Source: Clostridiales bacterium (lineage in GTDB: Bacteria; Bacillota; Clostridia; Saccharofermentanales; Saccharofermentanaceae). Taken from it: a stretch of 64,000 bases of DNA. The notes beneath the pieces are model-generated. The model made no database searches. It was not told where the DNA came from and saw only the letters and a program-made list of their open reading frames with translations. The stretch is taken from contig JAFWDK010000015.1 in assembly GCA_017513085.1 (NCBI GenBank), positions 1 to 64,000 of the forward strand, read 5' to 3'. Below are positions 1 through 9,160 of the stretch, piece after piece (position 1 is the first letter of the stretch; every line of letters starts with the position of its first letter). Made by a program: the position numbers and the translations under genes.

Positions 1-1832
1 CACCACTCTGTAGACTCGATGAAGTTCTCAACGACCTGAGCACGTGTCATCTTCTTGGAGTTGATCGCATCTACCCAACCCTTCTTACCGGCAGCATCAG
101 ACTTACGGTCAAAGAATGTCTTGTAAAGGGTTTCAACAAATGCATCTGTAGAAAGCTTTCTGTTCATGAACTCAGGAGCGTCCAGCAGGAAGTAACGAGC
201 ACAGTCACCACCGGTGCGACGACCGCTTGTAACTTCTTCTGTCCAGTACTTCTTTCCGCCGGCATCAGACTTACGATTCAAAGCGCAGATGTAAAGACGC
301 TCTACGAAATCAGAGAATACCGGAGCCTTTGTCGGTGTCGGGTTACCCTTCTTAGGTGTAGGTGTAGACTTCTTCGGTGTAGGTGTACCCGGCTTCGGTG
401 TCGGAGACGGGAGCTTAGAAGGTGTTACGATCTTTGTATCAAAATCATAGTACAGACCATAGATACCGTAATCACCGTTTCCATCCAACTCATAGAAGTA
501 GTGGTCGCTAGCCTTCTGCTGCTTAGCAGCCTTAACGGCAGATGCAACGCTTCTTACCTTTGTGATATTAAGAGAGCTGATGTCGTTGCCATAGCAGGAA
601 ATAACTTCAAGCTTCGGGTTGGAATTTACATTCAGCGAAGAGATCGAGTTATAAGGGCAAGAAAGAACTACAAGGTTTGTATTCTTGGAAACGTCCAAAG
701 AAGTCAGTTCGTTCTTTGCGCAGTAGAGGTACTTCAAATTCTTGTTCGCAGCGAGGTTGAGCTTCGTAATACCATTGTTTACGCAGTTCAATTCGCGAAG
801 AGCAGTACACTTGCCCAGGTTCAATGTATCGATATCACATCCGCAGCAATCCAGAACTTCCAGCTTGGTGTTCTTGGTAAGGTTCAGTGTATCGATCGGG
901 TTTCTCTCGCAACGGATCTCTTTGATGTTAACGTTCTTGCTAACGTCAAGAGCTTCAAGATCTGTATAACCAACATTCAGATACTGAAGTGCTGTACAGG
1001 AAGAAACATCCAACTTACCGATATGGCTGTCGCTGAGGTTGATGTTGGTAACCTTGGAGCAACCCTTAAGTGTAACGGTGCAGTAAGAATAGCTGTATCC
1101 GTCTGTCGGGAATGTCTCAAATGCAGTCAAAGTTGTGAGTGCAGAGCAGTTTGTAAGATCGATCGTCTTGAGGTAGTAGTTTACAGAAACATCGACCTCT
1201 TTCAAGCTCTTATGGCTGCTAAGATCCAAAGTAGAGAACTTATTTGAGCGGGAAACCAGCTTAACCAAAGATAAGTTCTTGGAAAGATCCAGTCTGCTGA
1301 GTTCACAAAGAGAACAATCAAGGTTCTTCAGCTTCGTGTTCTTCGAAAGATCCAGTGAACGGATCGGGTTAGTGGAGCAATACAGATTCTCCAAAGCTGT
1401 GTTATTGGAAACATCGAGTGAAGACAGGTCGTTACCTGTACAACTAAGGCTCTTCAAAGATGTGAAAAACTCAATACCATCCAGAGTCTCGATGCCCTTA
1501 TCGCTGACTGCGATAGCGGTAGCTTTTGCAAGCTCTGCATCGTTCAGGATACCGTTGTTGTTTGTGTCGAACTTCTTGACATATGCTCTGAAAACACTGT
1601 CCGGGAAATTCGTCGCATTAATTCTAACAGCAGCGTTAGTGTCGACATCTTCCGTGTCAAAATCAGTTTCTTCATCAAGAATGATGTCTTCTGTGATGTT
1701 CTCATCGACAGCGCCGTCGTTCCAAGCCTGAACATTGCCAGACAAGAAATCAGGCTGTCCGAGAATGCCGGCAGAACTGAGCATCATGGTTGATACTAAG
1801 GCTAATGAAGCCACATTTCTCTTTCTCGCCAT
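1..1832 (-). CDS. Secreted leucine-rich-repeat surface protein with Pro/Thr/Lys linker and DUF4214-like C-terminal domains (3' end outside the window)
   Basis: Not in the ORF track because it runs off the window. ATG at 1832 follows an AAGGAG RBS. N-terminus MARKRNVASLALVSTMMLSSAG is signal-like. Recurring ~21-aa LDxSxNTxLxxLxC repeats, a PTPK linker, then FVERLYICALNRKSDAGGKKYW...TRAQVVENFIESTEW, which is DUF4214-type. Confidence 0.85.
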   Translation of the reverse strand, partial: MARKRNVASLALVSTMMLSSAGILGQPDFLSGNVQAWNDGAVDENITEDIILDEETDFDTEDVDTNAAVRINATNFPDSVFRAYVKKFDTNNNGILNDAELAKATAIAVSDKGIETLDGIEFFTSLKSLSCTGNDLSSLDVSNNTALENLYCSTNPIRSLDLSKNTKLKNLDCSLCELSRLDLSKNLSLVKLVSRSNKFSTLDLSSHKSLKEVDVSVNYYLKTIDLTNCSALTTLTAFETFPTDGYSYSYCTVTLKGCSKVTNINLSDSHIGKLDVSSCTALQYLNVGYTDLEALDVSKNVNIKEIRCERNPIDTLNLTKNTKLEVLDCCGCDIDTLNLGKCTALRELNCVNNGITKLNLAANKNLKYLYCAKNELTSLDVSKNTNLVVLSCPYNSISSLNVNSNPKLEVISCYGNDISSLNITKVRSVASAVKAAKQQKASDHYFYELDGNGDYGIYGLYYDFDTKIVTPSKLPSPTPKPGTPTPKKSTPTPKKGNPTPTKAPVFSDFVERLYICALNRKSDAGGKKYWTEEVTSGRRTGGDCARYFLLDAPEFMNRKLSTDAFVETLYKTFFDRKSDAAGKKGWVDAINSKKMTRAQVVENFIESTEW

Positions 1833-1951
1833 ATCTTTTCTCCTTACTTTTTGCGATCAAAATATAAAATCACAGATAAGATTATATCACGCAGTTTTTA
1901 CAAAAGCACCCCCTAAAAATAGAAAATTACGCTATTTCGAGGAAAAAACAC

Positions 1952-2006
1952 AAAAAAACACCCGCTGATCTTCTCTTTGAGTAAAAAAACCGAAAAATCA
2001 GCGGGG
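1952..2006 (-). terminator. Probable intrinsic terminator after ackA
   Basis: CCCGCTGAT (1961) / ATCAGCGGG (1998) inverted repeat with a long loop, followed by T-runs on the minus strand. Confidence 0.55.
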
Positions 2007-2032
2007 CATTTATGTGTTTTAGCGTGAATAGA

Positions 2033-3226
2033 TCACTTAACCAGTTCTTCTGTTTCCTGAGCGATTGCCAATTCTTCGTTGGTCGGGATAACGCAAACCG
2101 TTACGCGGGAATCGTCTGTAGAGATAATGCCTTCGGAACGAAGTCCGTCGTTCTTCTTCGGATCGATCTTTACGCCCATGTACTCGAGACCTTCGCAGGC
2201 ATGTGCACGGATATAGTCTGTGTTTTCGCCGATGCCTGCTGTGAAAGCGATCACGTCTACGCCCTGCATAGCCGCAGCATAGGAACCGATGATCTTTCTA
2301 GCCTGATATTCGAACATATCGAGAGCCAATGTTGCGCGCTCGTTGCCCTCGCGGGAAGCTTTCTCCAGATCACGGAAGTCGGAAGATACACCGGAGAGGC
2401 CTTCTACACCGGACTTCTTGTTCATGAGAACATCGATGTCGTCCGGAGTCATGTTCTCGTTTGTCATCAGGAACGGAACGATAGCCGGGTCGATATCACC
2501 GCAACGTGTGCCCATGCAGATACCTGCAAGAGGGGTAAGACCCATGGAAGTATCTACGCACTTACCATGATCGACAGCGGCAAAGGAAGAGCCGTTACCG
2601 AGATGACATGTGATAATCTTGATGTTGTTATAATCCTTGCCGAGGTACTCAGCTGCACGGCGGGATACATAACGATGGGAAGTACCATGGAAACCATAAC
2701 GGCGGATGGAATACTTTTCTGTCAGTTCATAGGGCAGAGCATAAGTATAAGCCTTCGGCGGCATGGTCATATGGAAAGCCGTATCGAAAACAGCAACTTG
2801 CGGTGTGCCTTCAGGCAGTACAGACTCGCAGGCCTCGATACCTGTCAGGTTTGCCGGGTTATGAAGAGGTCCCAGAGGGAAGCACTCGCGGATTACGCGC
2901 TTTACGTCATCGTTTACGATAACAGACTTGCTGTAGTACTTACCACCGTGGAGTACGCGGTGACCTACCGCCTTGATCTCGCTGATATCGGAAAGTACAC
3001 CGTGATCCTTGTCTACGAGAGCATTCAGGATCATCTTGACAGCAACCTTATGATCCGGCATCGGATCTGTGCAGACGAAGTCCTCCTGACCCGGTCTCTT
3101 ATATGTAAGCTTACCGTCGATACCGATACGCTCGGCATTACCCTTAGCGAGCACATCACCGGTAGATGTCTCAAAAAGCTGGAACTTGCAGGAAGAACTT
3201 CCGCAGTTGATTACTAAAATCTTCAT
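2033..3226 (-). CDS. ackA: Acetate kinase
   Basis: MKILVINCGSSS, GHRVLHGG, PLHNPAN, RRYGFHGTSH and FTAGIGEN motifs; downstream of pta. Confidence 0.98.
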   Translation of the reverse strand: MKILVINCGSSSCKFQLFETSTGDVLAKGNAERIGIDGKLTYKRPGQEDFVCTDPMPDHKVAVKMILNALVDKDHGVLSDISEIKAVGHRVLHGGKYYSKSVIVNDDVKRVIRECFPLGPLHNPANLTGIEACESVLPEGTPQVAVFDTAFHMTMPPKAYTYALPYELTEKYSIRRYGFHGTSHRYVSRRAAEYLGKDYNNIKIITCHLGNGSSFAAVDHGKCVDTSMGLTPLAGICMGTRCGDIDPAIVPFLMTNENMTPDDIDVLMNKKSGVEGLSGVSSDFRDLEKASREGNERATLALDMFEYQARKIIGSYAAAMQGVDVIAFTAGIGENTDYIRAHACEGLEYMGVKIDPKKNDGLRSEGIISTDDSRVTVCVIPTNEELAIAQETEELVK

Positions 3227-3296
3227 TCGTTTTCTCCTTCGATACTGTTATTTCAAAAGTAAAGCGGGGCAGTCTCCTGTCCCGCTTCTATTTGAC

Positions 3297-4292
3297 TTAA
3301 GAATTCTGAGCCTGTACAGCTGTGATTGCAATAACACCAACGATATCCTTCGCGGAGCATCCACGGGACAGGTCGTTGACCGGCTTTGCAATACCCTGGC
3401 ACATCGGACCGTAAGCTTCTGCCTTACCGAGTCTCTGTACGAGTTTGTAACCAATGTTACCTGCGTCGAGGTCAGGGAAGATCAGAACATTCGCATGACC
3501 GGCAACCTTGCTGTCCGGAGCCTTGGAAGCACCGATGGAAGGAACCATGGCAGCGTCAGCCTGGAGCTCACCATCGATAGCGAACTGCGGATATTCTTCT
3601 TTAGCGATCTTTGTCGCTTCAACAACCTTGGTTACGTCGTCATGCTTTGCAGAACCCATAGAAGAGTGGGAAAGCAGAGCTACTACCGGCTCTTTGCCGA
3701 CCAGCTGCTTGAAAGATGCCGCAGAAGAACCTGCGATAGCAGCGAGCTCTTCCGGATTCGGGTTCTGAACGAGACCGCAGTCACCGAATACGAATACGCC
3801 ATCTTCTCCGAACTCACAATCCGGAACGACCATTACGAAGAAAGCGGAAACGAGCTTAGTGCCCGGAGCTGTCTTGATGATCTGAAGGGACGGACGGAGT
3901 GTATTGGCTGTAGAGTGGCAGGCACCGGAAACGATACCGTCGCCATCGCCCATCTTTACCATCATGCAGGCATAGTACATATAATCGCCGAGAACAGTCT
4001 TCTCTGCTTCTTCCAAAGTCATGCCCTTTGCCTTACGGAGTTCATAGAAACCATTGATGTACTCCTTCGTCTTCTCATAGGTATGCGGGTTGATAATTGT
4101 TGCCTTGGAAATATCAAGACCTTCGCTGTTCGCCTTCACTTCCTCATCTGTACCGATGATGATCAGATCTGCGATGTCCTCTGCGAGGATCTCTGCAGCC
4201 GCCTCAAAAGTTCTTCTGTCCATAGACTCCGGAAGAATGACGGTCTTCTTGTTGCTCTTTGCTTTTGCCTTAATCTCGTCGATAAATGCCAT
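3297..4292 (-). CDS. pta: Phosphate acetyltransferase
   Basis: LPES, IDGELQADAA, FPDLDAGNIGYKLVQR and PVNDLSRGCS motifs. Confidence 0.98.
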   Translation of the reverse strand: MAFIDEIKAKAKSNKKTVILPESMDRRTFEAAAEILAEDIADLIIIGTDEEVKANSEGLDISKATIINPHTYEKTKEYINGFYELRKAKGMTLEEAEKTVLGDYMYYACMMVKMGDGDGIVSGACHSTANTLRPSLQIIKTAPGTKLVSAFFVMVVPDCEFGEDGVFVFGDCGLVQNPNPEELAAIAGSSAASFKQLVGKEPVVALLSHSSMGSAKHDDVTKVVEATKIAKEEYPQFAIDGELQADAAMVPSIGASKAPDSKVAGHANVLIFPDLDAGNIGYKLVQRLGKAEAYGPMCQGIAKPVNDLSRGCSAKDIVGVIAITAVQAQNS

Positions 4293-4392
4293 AAATCAAT
4301 CGCCTGCCTTACATATTATTTTTCATCCGCTGCCCTCTTCCCGTCCGTTTCCGGAGCGAAAAGAACCCACGGCATTGAAATCACGCTGTAAT

Positions 4393-4421
4393 AGTATACT
4401 CTTTGGGCAAGTGCTTTTCAA
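4393..4421 (-). promoter_or_regulatory. Sigma-A-type promoter of pta-ackA
   Basis: TTGAAA-N17-TATACT on the minus strand upstream of pta. Confidence 0.65.
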
Positions 4422-4455
4422 TAAGAAGCGGGGGTACCCGGGTACGAAAGGATAC

Positions 4456-4503
4456 AAAAATCCCCAAGGGTCCTTCCGATTTCCCGGTATCCCTTGGGGA
4501 TTT
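4456..4503 (-). terminator. Intrinsic terminator
   Basis: AAATCCCCAAGGG / CCCTTGGGGATTT stem followed by a T-run on the minus strand. Confidence 0.7.
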
Positions 4504-4543
4504 CCATTTCATTTACAGGCTTAGGCCGCTTCTATAAGATAAG

Positions 4544-5197
4544 TTATCTTTTCTTGGCCTTCTCCTGGACTTTCTCAAAATCAGCTTCCCGTACACTCGG
4601 AACGGCCGCCTTGATCATGCCCATGAGCTTAACGGAATCTTCCTCGCTGTCAAGATTGATCGCTGCTTCTTTGATATCGCCCTTGCTGAAAGCCTTCTCG
4701 ATCTTTTTGTCGAGTTTACCTGTGCACTTGATCTGCGGCGTGAGCGGCTTCAGATCCTCATCCATCGGCAATACTTTGTATTCTGTCTTGAGGATATTGC
4801 CATAGCCTTGAATTTTTAAGTTATAAACGTAACTCGAGATGCTCTTGATATCCGACAATTTGTAGATATACGCAAGATAACCGATTCTCTTCTGTGCGCG
4901 AGTCATCGAGCTGGAACTCTTATTGATCGGGTTTCCTTGATAGTTTTCCCAGATCAGATAGCCGTCTTTCGTAATATGTGCGCCCTTTACAGATTCTTGA
5001 AACGGATGCTCCGCCTGCAGTTCAGAAAGGAACTTATCACCCAATTCCTTACCTTTCTTCTTGCCTATTATGTTACAGACGATAACGATCACGATGATCG
5101 CGATCACACCGGCGATCAGTCCGATCATGACCGGCATGCTGACTGCCGAAGACTTCTGCTTCGTTGCGGCTTCCACGAATAAATCAAACATAAACAT
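4544..5197 (-). CDS. Hypothetical single-pass membrane protein
   Basis: ORF with a GGAGG RBS; one hydrophobic segment followed by KKK and a soluble domain; no family recognised. Confidence 0.75.
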   Translation of the reverse strand: MFMFDLFVEAATKQKSSAVSMPVMIGLIAGVIAIIVIVIVCNIIGKKKGKELGDKFLSELQAEHPFQESVKGAHITKDGYLIWENYQGNPINKSSSSMTRAQKRIGYLAYIYKLSDIKSISSYVYNLKIQGYGNILKTEYKVLPMDEDLKPLTPQIKCTGKLDKKIEKAFSKGDIKEAAINLDSEEDSVKLMGMIKAAVPSVREADFEKVQEKAKKR

Positions 5198-5276
5198 ATT
5201 CATACCCTCCAAACTTTTTTTCATTATAACAAAAAAGCGGAGGTGCCACCGTCATCCGTCGCGGCATATTTGCTTT

Positions 5277-8027
5277 TTACGGTTCTTTACCGAAAATCAC
5301 TTGTCCTTTACTGCGGATGACGATGTTTTCTTCCTTCTCTCTCGAATAGTCATCGGAAAGATTAAAGTCAGACCAGTCTTTATGGTTGATCGAGAACTGA
5401 ACGATCAGCTTGTCTCCCTTCCCTAGCGTGACCTTGCCGAAGGAAGCCATGGTGCAGACCGTATCGGCGCCCGGTTTTTTCGGATCCACCTTTCCAAAAG
5501 CACCCGTAACAGTGTTAATTGCGTCGTATTTTCCGTCTTTTCGGGAAACCGCCGCATGGTAGCAGCTAAACTCCAGATCCAGTGCTTTTTCATTGGTAAA
5601 GTAGTACAGGATCTGCGCGTCAGAAAGATCTACGGCCGTGTCTGAGGTGTTTTCGATCGTCATGTTACCTGCTATGGCATTTGCTGCTCCGGATTGTGCA
5701 TACTCGATCTTCAGTACAAGTCCAGATGGTTTGTCCGGCTTGGCAGGATCAGTCGGCTTTGTCGGATCCGAAGGCTTGGACGGCTCACTCGGTTCAGATG
5801 GTTCGGACGGATCAGATGAGCCGGTCGGACCGGAAGGAAGTGTATCAACAGGGCCTGATGGTGTAGGTGCCGTGGTCACTGAAGGGGTTCCGGTGGCAAT
5901 CGGGGTTGGAGATACCGTGGAACTCATGGTAGGTTCAACTCCATACACCAGTACATCATTTTCATAAAGGCATACGGAAGCCGTATCTTTTGCGCTCGGA
6001 TCAATGCCGGAGATCCGGAACTGCACTTCCTTCTTATATTCCTCCTGGCCTCCCGGGTAACAGGAGTTAGCCGTAAACACGATCGAAACGTAGGCTTGCC
6101 CGGTTACTCCCGGAGCCTCGAAGATCCCTTTCGCTTCCGCATCCTGGATGTAGTTGGCAGAAAGATTGAGATCGGATGCTTTCTTTCCGGCAGTTTCAAA
6201 ATAATAGCGGAGCTCAAGTTTTTCCGGTGCTCTTGCCGGCCAGGCGGTCATGTTGAACACCAAGGCCTTGATCTCCAGGAAATCACTTCCGCTTGCGTTC
6301 TCCGAGGTTTCCACGCTGTATTCTTCGTCCGGGATCTCGCAGCAGCCGAATCCCGTCAGTGTCTCACCGTGATAGCGGGTGTACAGCTTGGCCAGAAGCC
6401 CTGTGAAACCTGCATTATAGTCACAGGCAACCTCATTGGTATTGTAATTAGATACTTCATCTTTATATCCATCCGAAGCATCAGGTCCGCCGACCAACGC
6501 CCCGACAAGCGTATGCCGGCTCTCAGAAGGCGTATTCATGTTATCGGCATAGGAACCCTGGGCTGTTCTGTGGTGCGGATGTACCGGGTAGCTGTCCCCG
6601 AACCCGATCATGTAGGAAAAGCCAGTGCTGCCCAGCGCATAGTCAGCCTGGGAAACGGCAAAGTTCCAGTATGTGTCTTTCTTTTCCGAAGGGCAGCCAT
6701 CCCACTCACTGTAAACACCGGCAACAAATGCCGTTGTTGTTGCGTAGCGCAGAGAGCCCCAGCTGTCGAGCCAGGCCAGTCCCTTCGGTGTGTAGGTGAT
6801 CCGCTCACCGTCAGAAGTACCTGTCGTCCAGAAATCCAGGTTCTTCTCTACCGCAGAAGAAAAAGTGCTTTCGCCGGTCTCCTTCGCAAGAAGCACGGCC
6901 GCGCCAATATGCACATCGTCCCAGCAAAGTGACCATTTATAGTCCTGTCCGGCCTTGGAATAGTATTCTTTTGCTTTTTCGAGGTAACTGTTATCGCCGG
7001 TTGCGCGGTATAGCCATACACCTGCCCAGGACAGTTCATCGTAGAAACCGCTCCAGGAATTGTAGAAACCGTCCGCCGCAGTGTATCCTGCATCACTCTT
7101 GTATTTATCGGCAAAAGCATAAAGCGAGATCGCATGGTCCAGGCAAAGCTTGCTGAAAGCCGGATCCACTTCCTTGAAAACAAGGCTGCCGACCGCCAAA
7201 GACGCGGCGGCTTCCGCTGTGACTGCCGATCCCGGATTCTCTGCCGTCACACAGTAGGAAGGACGGGACATCTGGTAACTGACACACTCACAAGGGCCCC
7301 ACCATGTGTGGTCCTGGGAGCCATTGCCCACCTGGTAGTAATACACTTCATCGGAAGGGTGGCAACGGATAAAATACTCGTTGGCCCAGCGGATATTGCC
7401 GAGGGCATAGGTCAGCTGATTGCTCTGCTCGTAAGCATCCTTGTCCTCATATACGGACCAGCCAAGCAGAGCCGCCGAGTACGCCATAGGAAGATTGAAC
7501 TTCACATGGTCTCCTGCATCGAACCATCCTCCGGAAAGATCAAGCCCCGCATCGCTTCCGTCTGAAAGACAGGAATCCCCTCTCCAGTTGCAGCGCGCGA
7601 CCTCCGGGAGCTTACCGGATCTTTGCAATTCATAGAAAAGAAGCGATTTCTGAAGCGCTTCACCATAGTTAAACTTGCCTGTACCTTTGGTGCCCTCACG
7701 GCCGTCACCGTCGATAGTGCCTGTCGCGTAGGCTTTTCCGCCCAAAGGATAGGGAACCTTGGTCGGTTCCTGTGCCGTCTCCTCTACGCTTTCCGAAGCA
7801 GTTGTGCCGGAAGTCTCTGCTGAACTTGTGTCAGAAGAAGCCGGAGACGTTTCCGGGTCCTTCACTTCGGAAGAAGATGACTCCTCCACCAACTGCGAAG
7901 AAGATTCCGCAGACGAGGGCAGTTCTTTTTCCACAGAATTTTTAACCTTGGAGATCGTAAACCACAGTATTCCGCCCACAAGAAGAATGATAGCGAAAGG
8001 TACGATCCATTTCAGTTTCTCTTTCAT
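5277..8027 (-). CDS. Glycoside hydrolase family 9 endoglucanase with N-terminal membrane anchor, CBM3c-like domain, Pro/Ser/Thr linker and C-terminal CBM3
   Basis: LFYELQRSG, WRGDS, GGWFDAGDHVKF, HPHHR and NEVACDYNA GH9 motifs; WPAR and YYFT CBM3 motifs. Confidence 0.93.
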   Translation of the reverse strand: MKEKLKWIVPFAIILLVGGILWFTISKVKNSVEKELPSSAESSSQLVEESSSSEVKDPETSPASSDTSSAETSGTTASESVEETAQEPTKVPYPLGGKAYATGTIDGDGREGTKGTGKFNYGEALQKSLLFYELQRSGKLPEVARCNWRGDSCLSDGSDAGLDLSGGWFDAGDHVKFNLPMAYSAALLGWSVYEDKDAYEQSNQLTYALGNIRWANEYFIRCHPSDEVYYYQVGNGSQDHTWWGPCECVSYQMSRPSYCVTAENPGSAVTAEAAASLAVGSLVFKEVDPAFSKLCLDHAISLYAFADKYKSDAGYTAADGFYNSWSGFYDELSWAGVWLYRATGDNSYLEKAKEYYSKAGQDYKWSLCWDDVHIGAAVLLAKETGESTFSSAVEKNLDFWTTGTSDGERITYTPKGLAWLDSWGSLRYATTTAFVAGVYSEWDGCPSEKKDTYWNFAVSQADYALGSTGFSYMIGFGDSYPVHPHHRTAQGSYADNMNTPSESRHTLVGALVGGPDASDGYKDEVSNYNTNEVACDYNAGFTGLLAKLYTRYHGETLTGFGCCEIPDEEYSVETSENASGSDFLEIKALVFNMTAWPARAPEKLELRYYFETAGKKASDLNLSANYIQDAEAKGIFEAPGVTGQAYVSIVFTANSCYPGGQEEYKKEVQFRISGIDPSAKDTASVCLYENDVLVYGVEPTMSSTVSPTPIATGTPSVTTAPTPSGPVDTLPSGPTGSSDPSEPSEPSEPSKPSDPTKPTDPAKPDKPSGLVLKIEYAQSGAANAIAGNMTIENTSDTAVDLSDAQILYYFTNEKALDLEFSCYHAAVSRKDGKYDAINTVTGAFGKVDPKKPGADTVCTMASFGKVTLGKGDKLIVQFSINHKDWSDFNLSDDYSREKEENIVIRSKGQVIFGKEP

Positions 8028-9151
8028 AATTCCATCCCCAATTCTTCCGTAGCAACCTTCGTGTAGTGGATGATGTCATCCATACGCGGAGCCTGCCCGT
8101 AAGTTACAAAAGTAAACGCCTGACCGGCGCGTCCGGCACGACCGGTTCGACCGATCCGATGCAGATAGTACTCGTTTTCGTTCGGCACTTCGAAATTAAA
8201 GACCGTGTCGATATCGGATACATCAATCCCTCTGGCCGCCACGTCTGTCGCGACAAGAATATTGAATTTCCCTCTCCGGAAATCGTCCATGATGCGGTTT
8301 CGGGCTCCCTGACCGATATCGCCGTGAAGACATTCCGCCTTATAGCCCAGGTTTTTGATTCCTTCCGTAATGACGCGCACACGAGTCTTGGTATTGCAGA
8401 ATGCCATCACGCGGTGGCAGTCGTATTCTTCCATGATCTTACCGAACGCCGGCATCTTCTGGCGTTCTTCGATATGAAGGATATACTGCTTGATCTTCGG
8501 CATATCCTCTTCCTTCGGCGCCACCTCGATCTCATCTGCGCCCTCCATATATTCCCAGGTAATATCCATTACCTCACGGGACATAGTCGCCGAGAACATC
8601 GCGATCTGCTTATCCTTCGGCGTAAGTTTCATGATCTTTCTGATATCCTTGATAAAGCCCATATCCAGCATTTTGTCCGCCTCATCGAGGACCAGCGTGT
8701 AAATATTCGATATGTCGACATTGCGATGCTGTACATGATCCAGAAGACGGCCCGGAGTGGCCACGACGATCTGCGGCTTTTTCTTCAGCATCTGAACCTG
8801 CTTATCCATTTTCTGTCCACCGATGATCCCGCAGATCTTCAATCCCTTGATAAAAGCACCCAGCCCGCGAAGCTCCGTGCAGATCTGTAAGGCCAGTTCT
8901 CTTGTCGGACACAGGATCAGCGCCTGCACGAAATCGGCGTCCATATTCAGATACTCCAGGATCGGTATACCGAAGGCAAAAGTCTTTCCCGTGCCGGTCG
9001 GTGCTTTGGCAATCACACAGCGATTATCCATCATGAGCGGGATCGCCTGTTTCTGTACTGATGTCGGTGTTTTCATGCCCATTTTATCCAGGGCGCGCAT
9101 TACCTCCTCGGACAAGTCTAACTGATCAAAAGATGTGTACTCCAAATTCAT
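8024..9151 (-). CDS. DEAD-box RNA helicase (core only)
   Basis: Q motif, APTGTGKT, PTRELA, TPGR, DEAD, SAT, ARGID and HRIGRTGR. Confidence 0.96.
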   Translation of the reverse strand: MNLEYTSFDQLDLSEEVMRALDKMGMKTPTSVQKQAIPLMMDNRCVIAKAPTGTGKTFAFGIPILEYLNMDADFVQALILCPTRELALQICTELRGLGAFIKGLKICGIIGGQKMDKQVQMLKKKPQIVVATPGRLLDHVQHRNVDISNIYTLVLDEADKMLDMGFIKDIRKIMKLTPKDKQIAMFSATMSREVMDITWEYMEGADEIEVAPKEEDMPKIKQYILHIEERQKMPAFGKIMEEYDCHRVMAFCNTKTRVRVITEGIKNLGYKAECLHGDIGQGARNRIMDDFRRGKFNILVATDVAARGIDVSDIDTVFNFEVPNENEYYLHRIGRTGRAGRAGQAFTFVTYGQAPRMDDIIHYTKVATEELGMEL

Positions 9152-9160
9152 TTCTCCTCT

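Noticed and set aside
501-1731. Plus-strand ORFs 501-1247 and 1279-1731
   Set aside because: Antisense shadows of the minus-strand LRR gene.
2012-4391. Two 401-aa plus-strand ORFs
   Set aside because: Antisense to ackA and pta; explained by codon bias.
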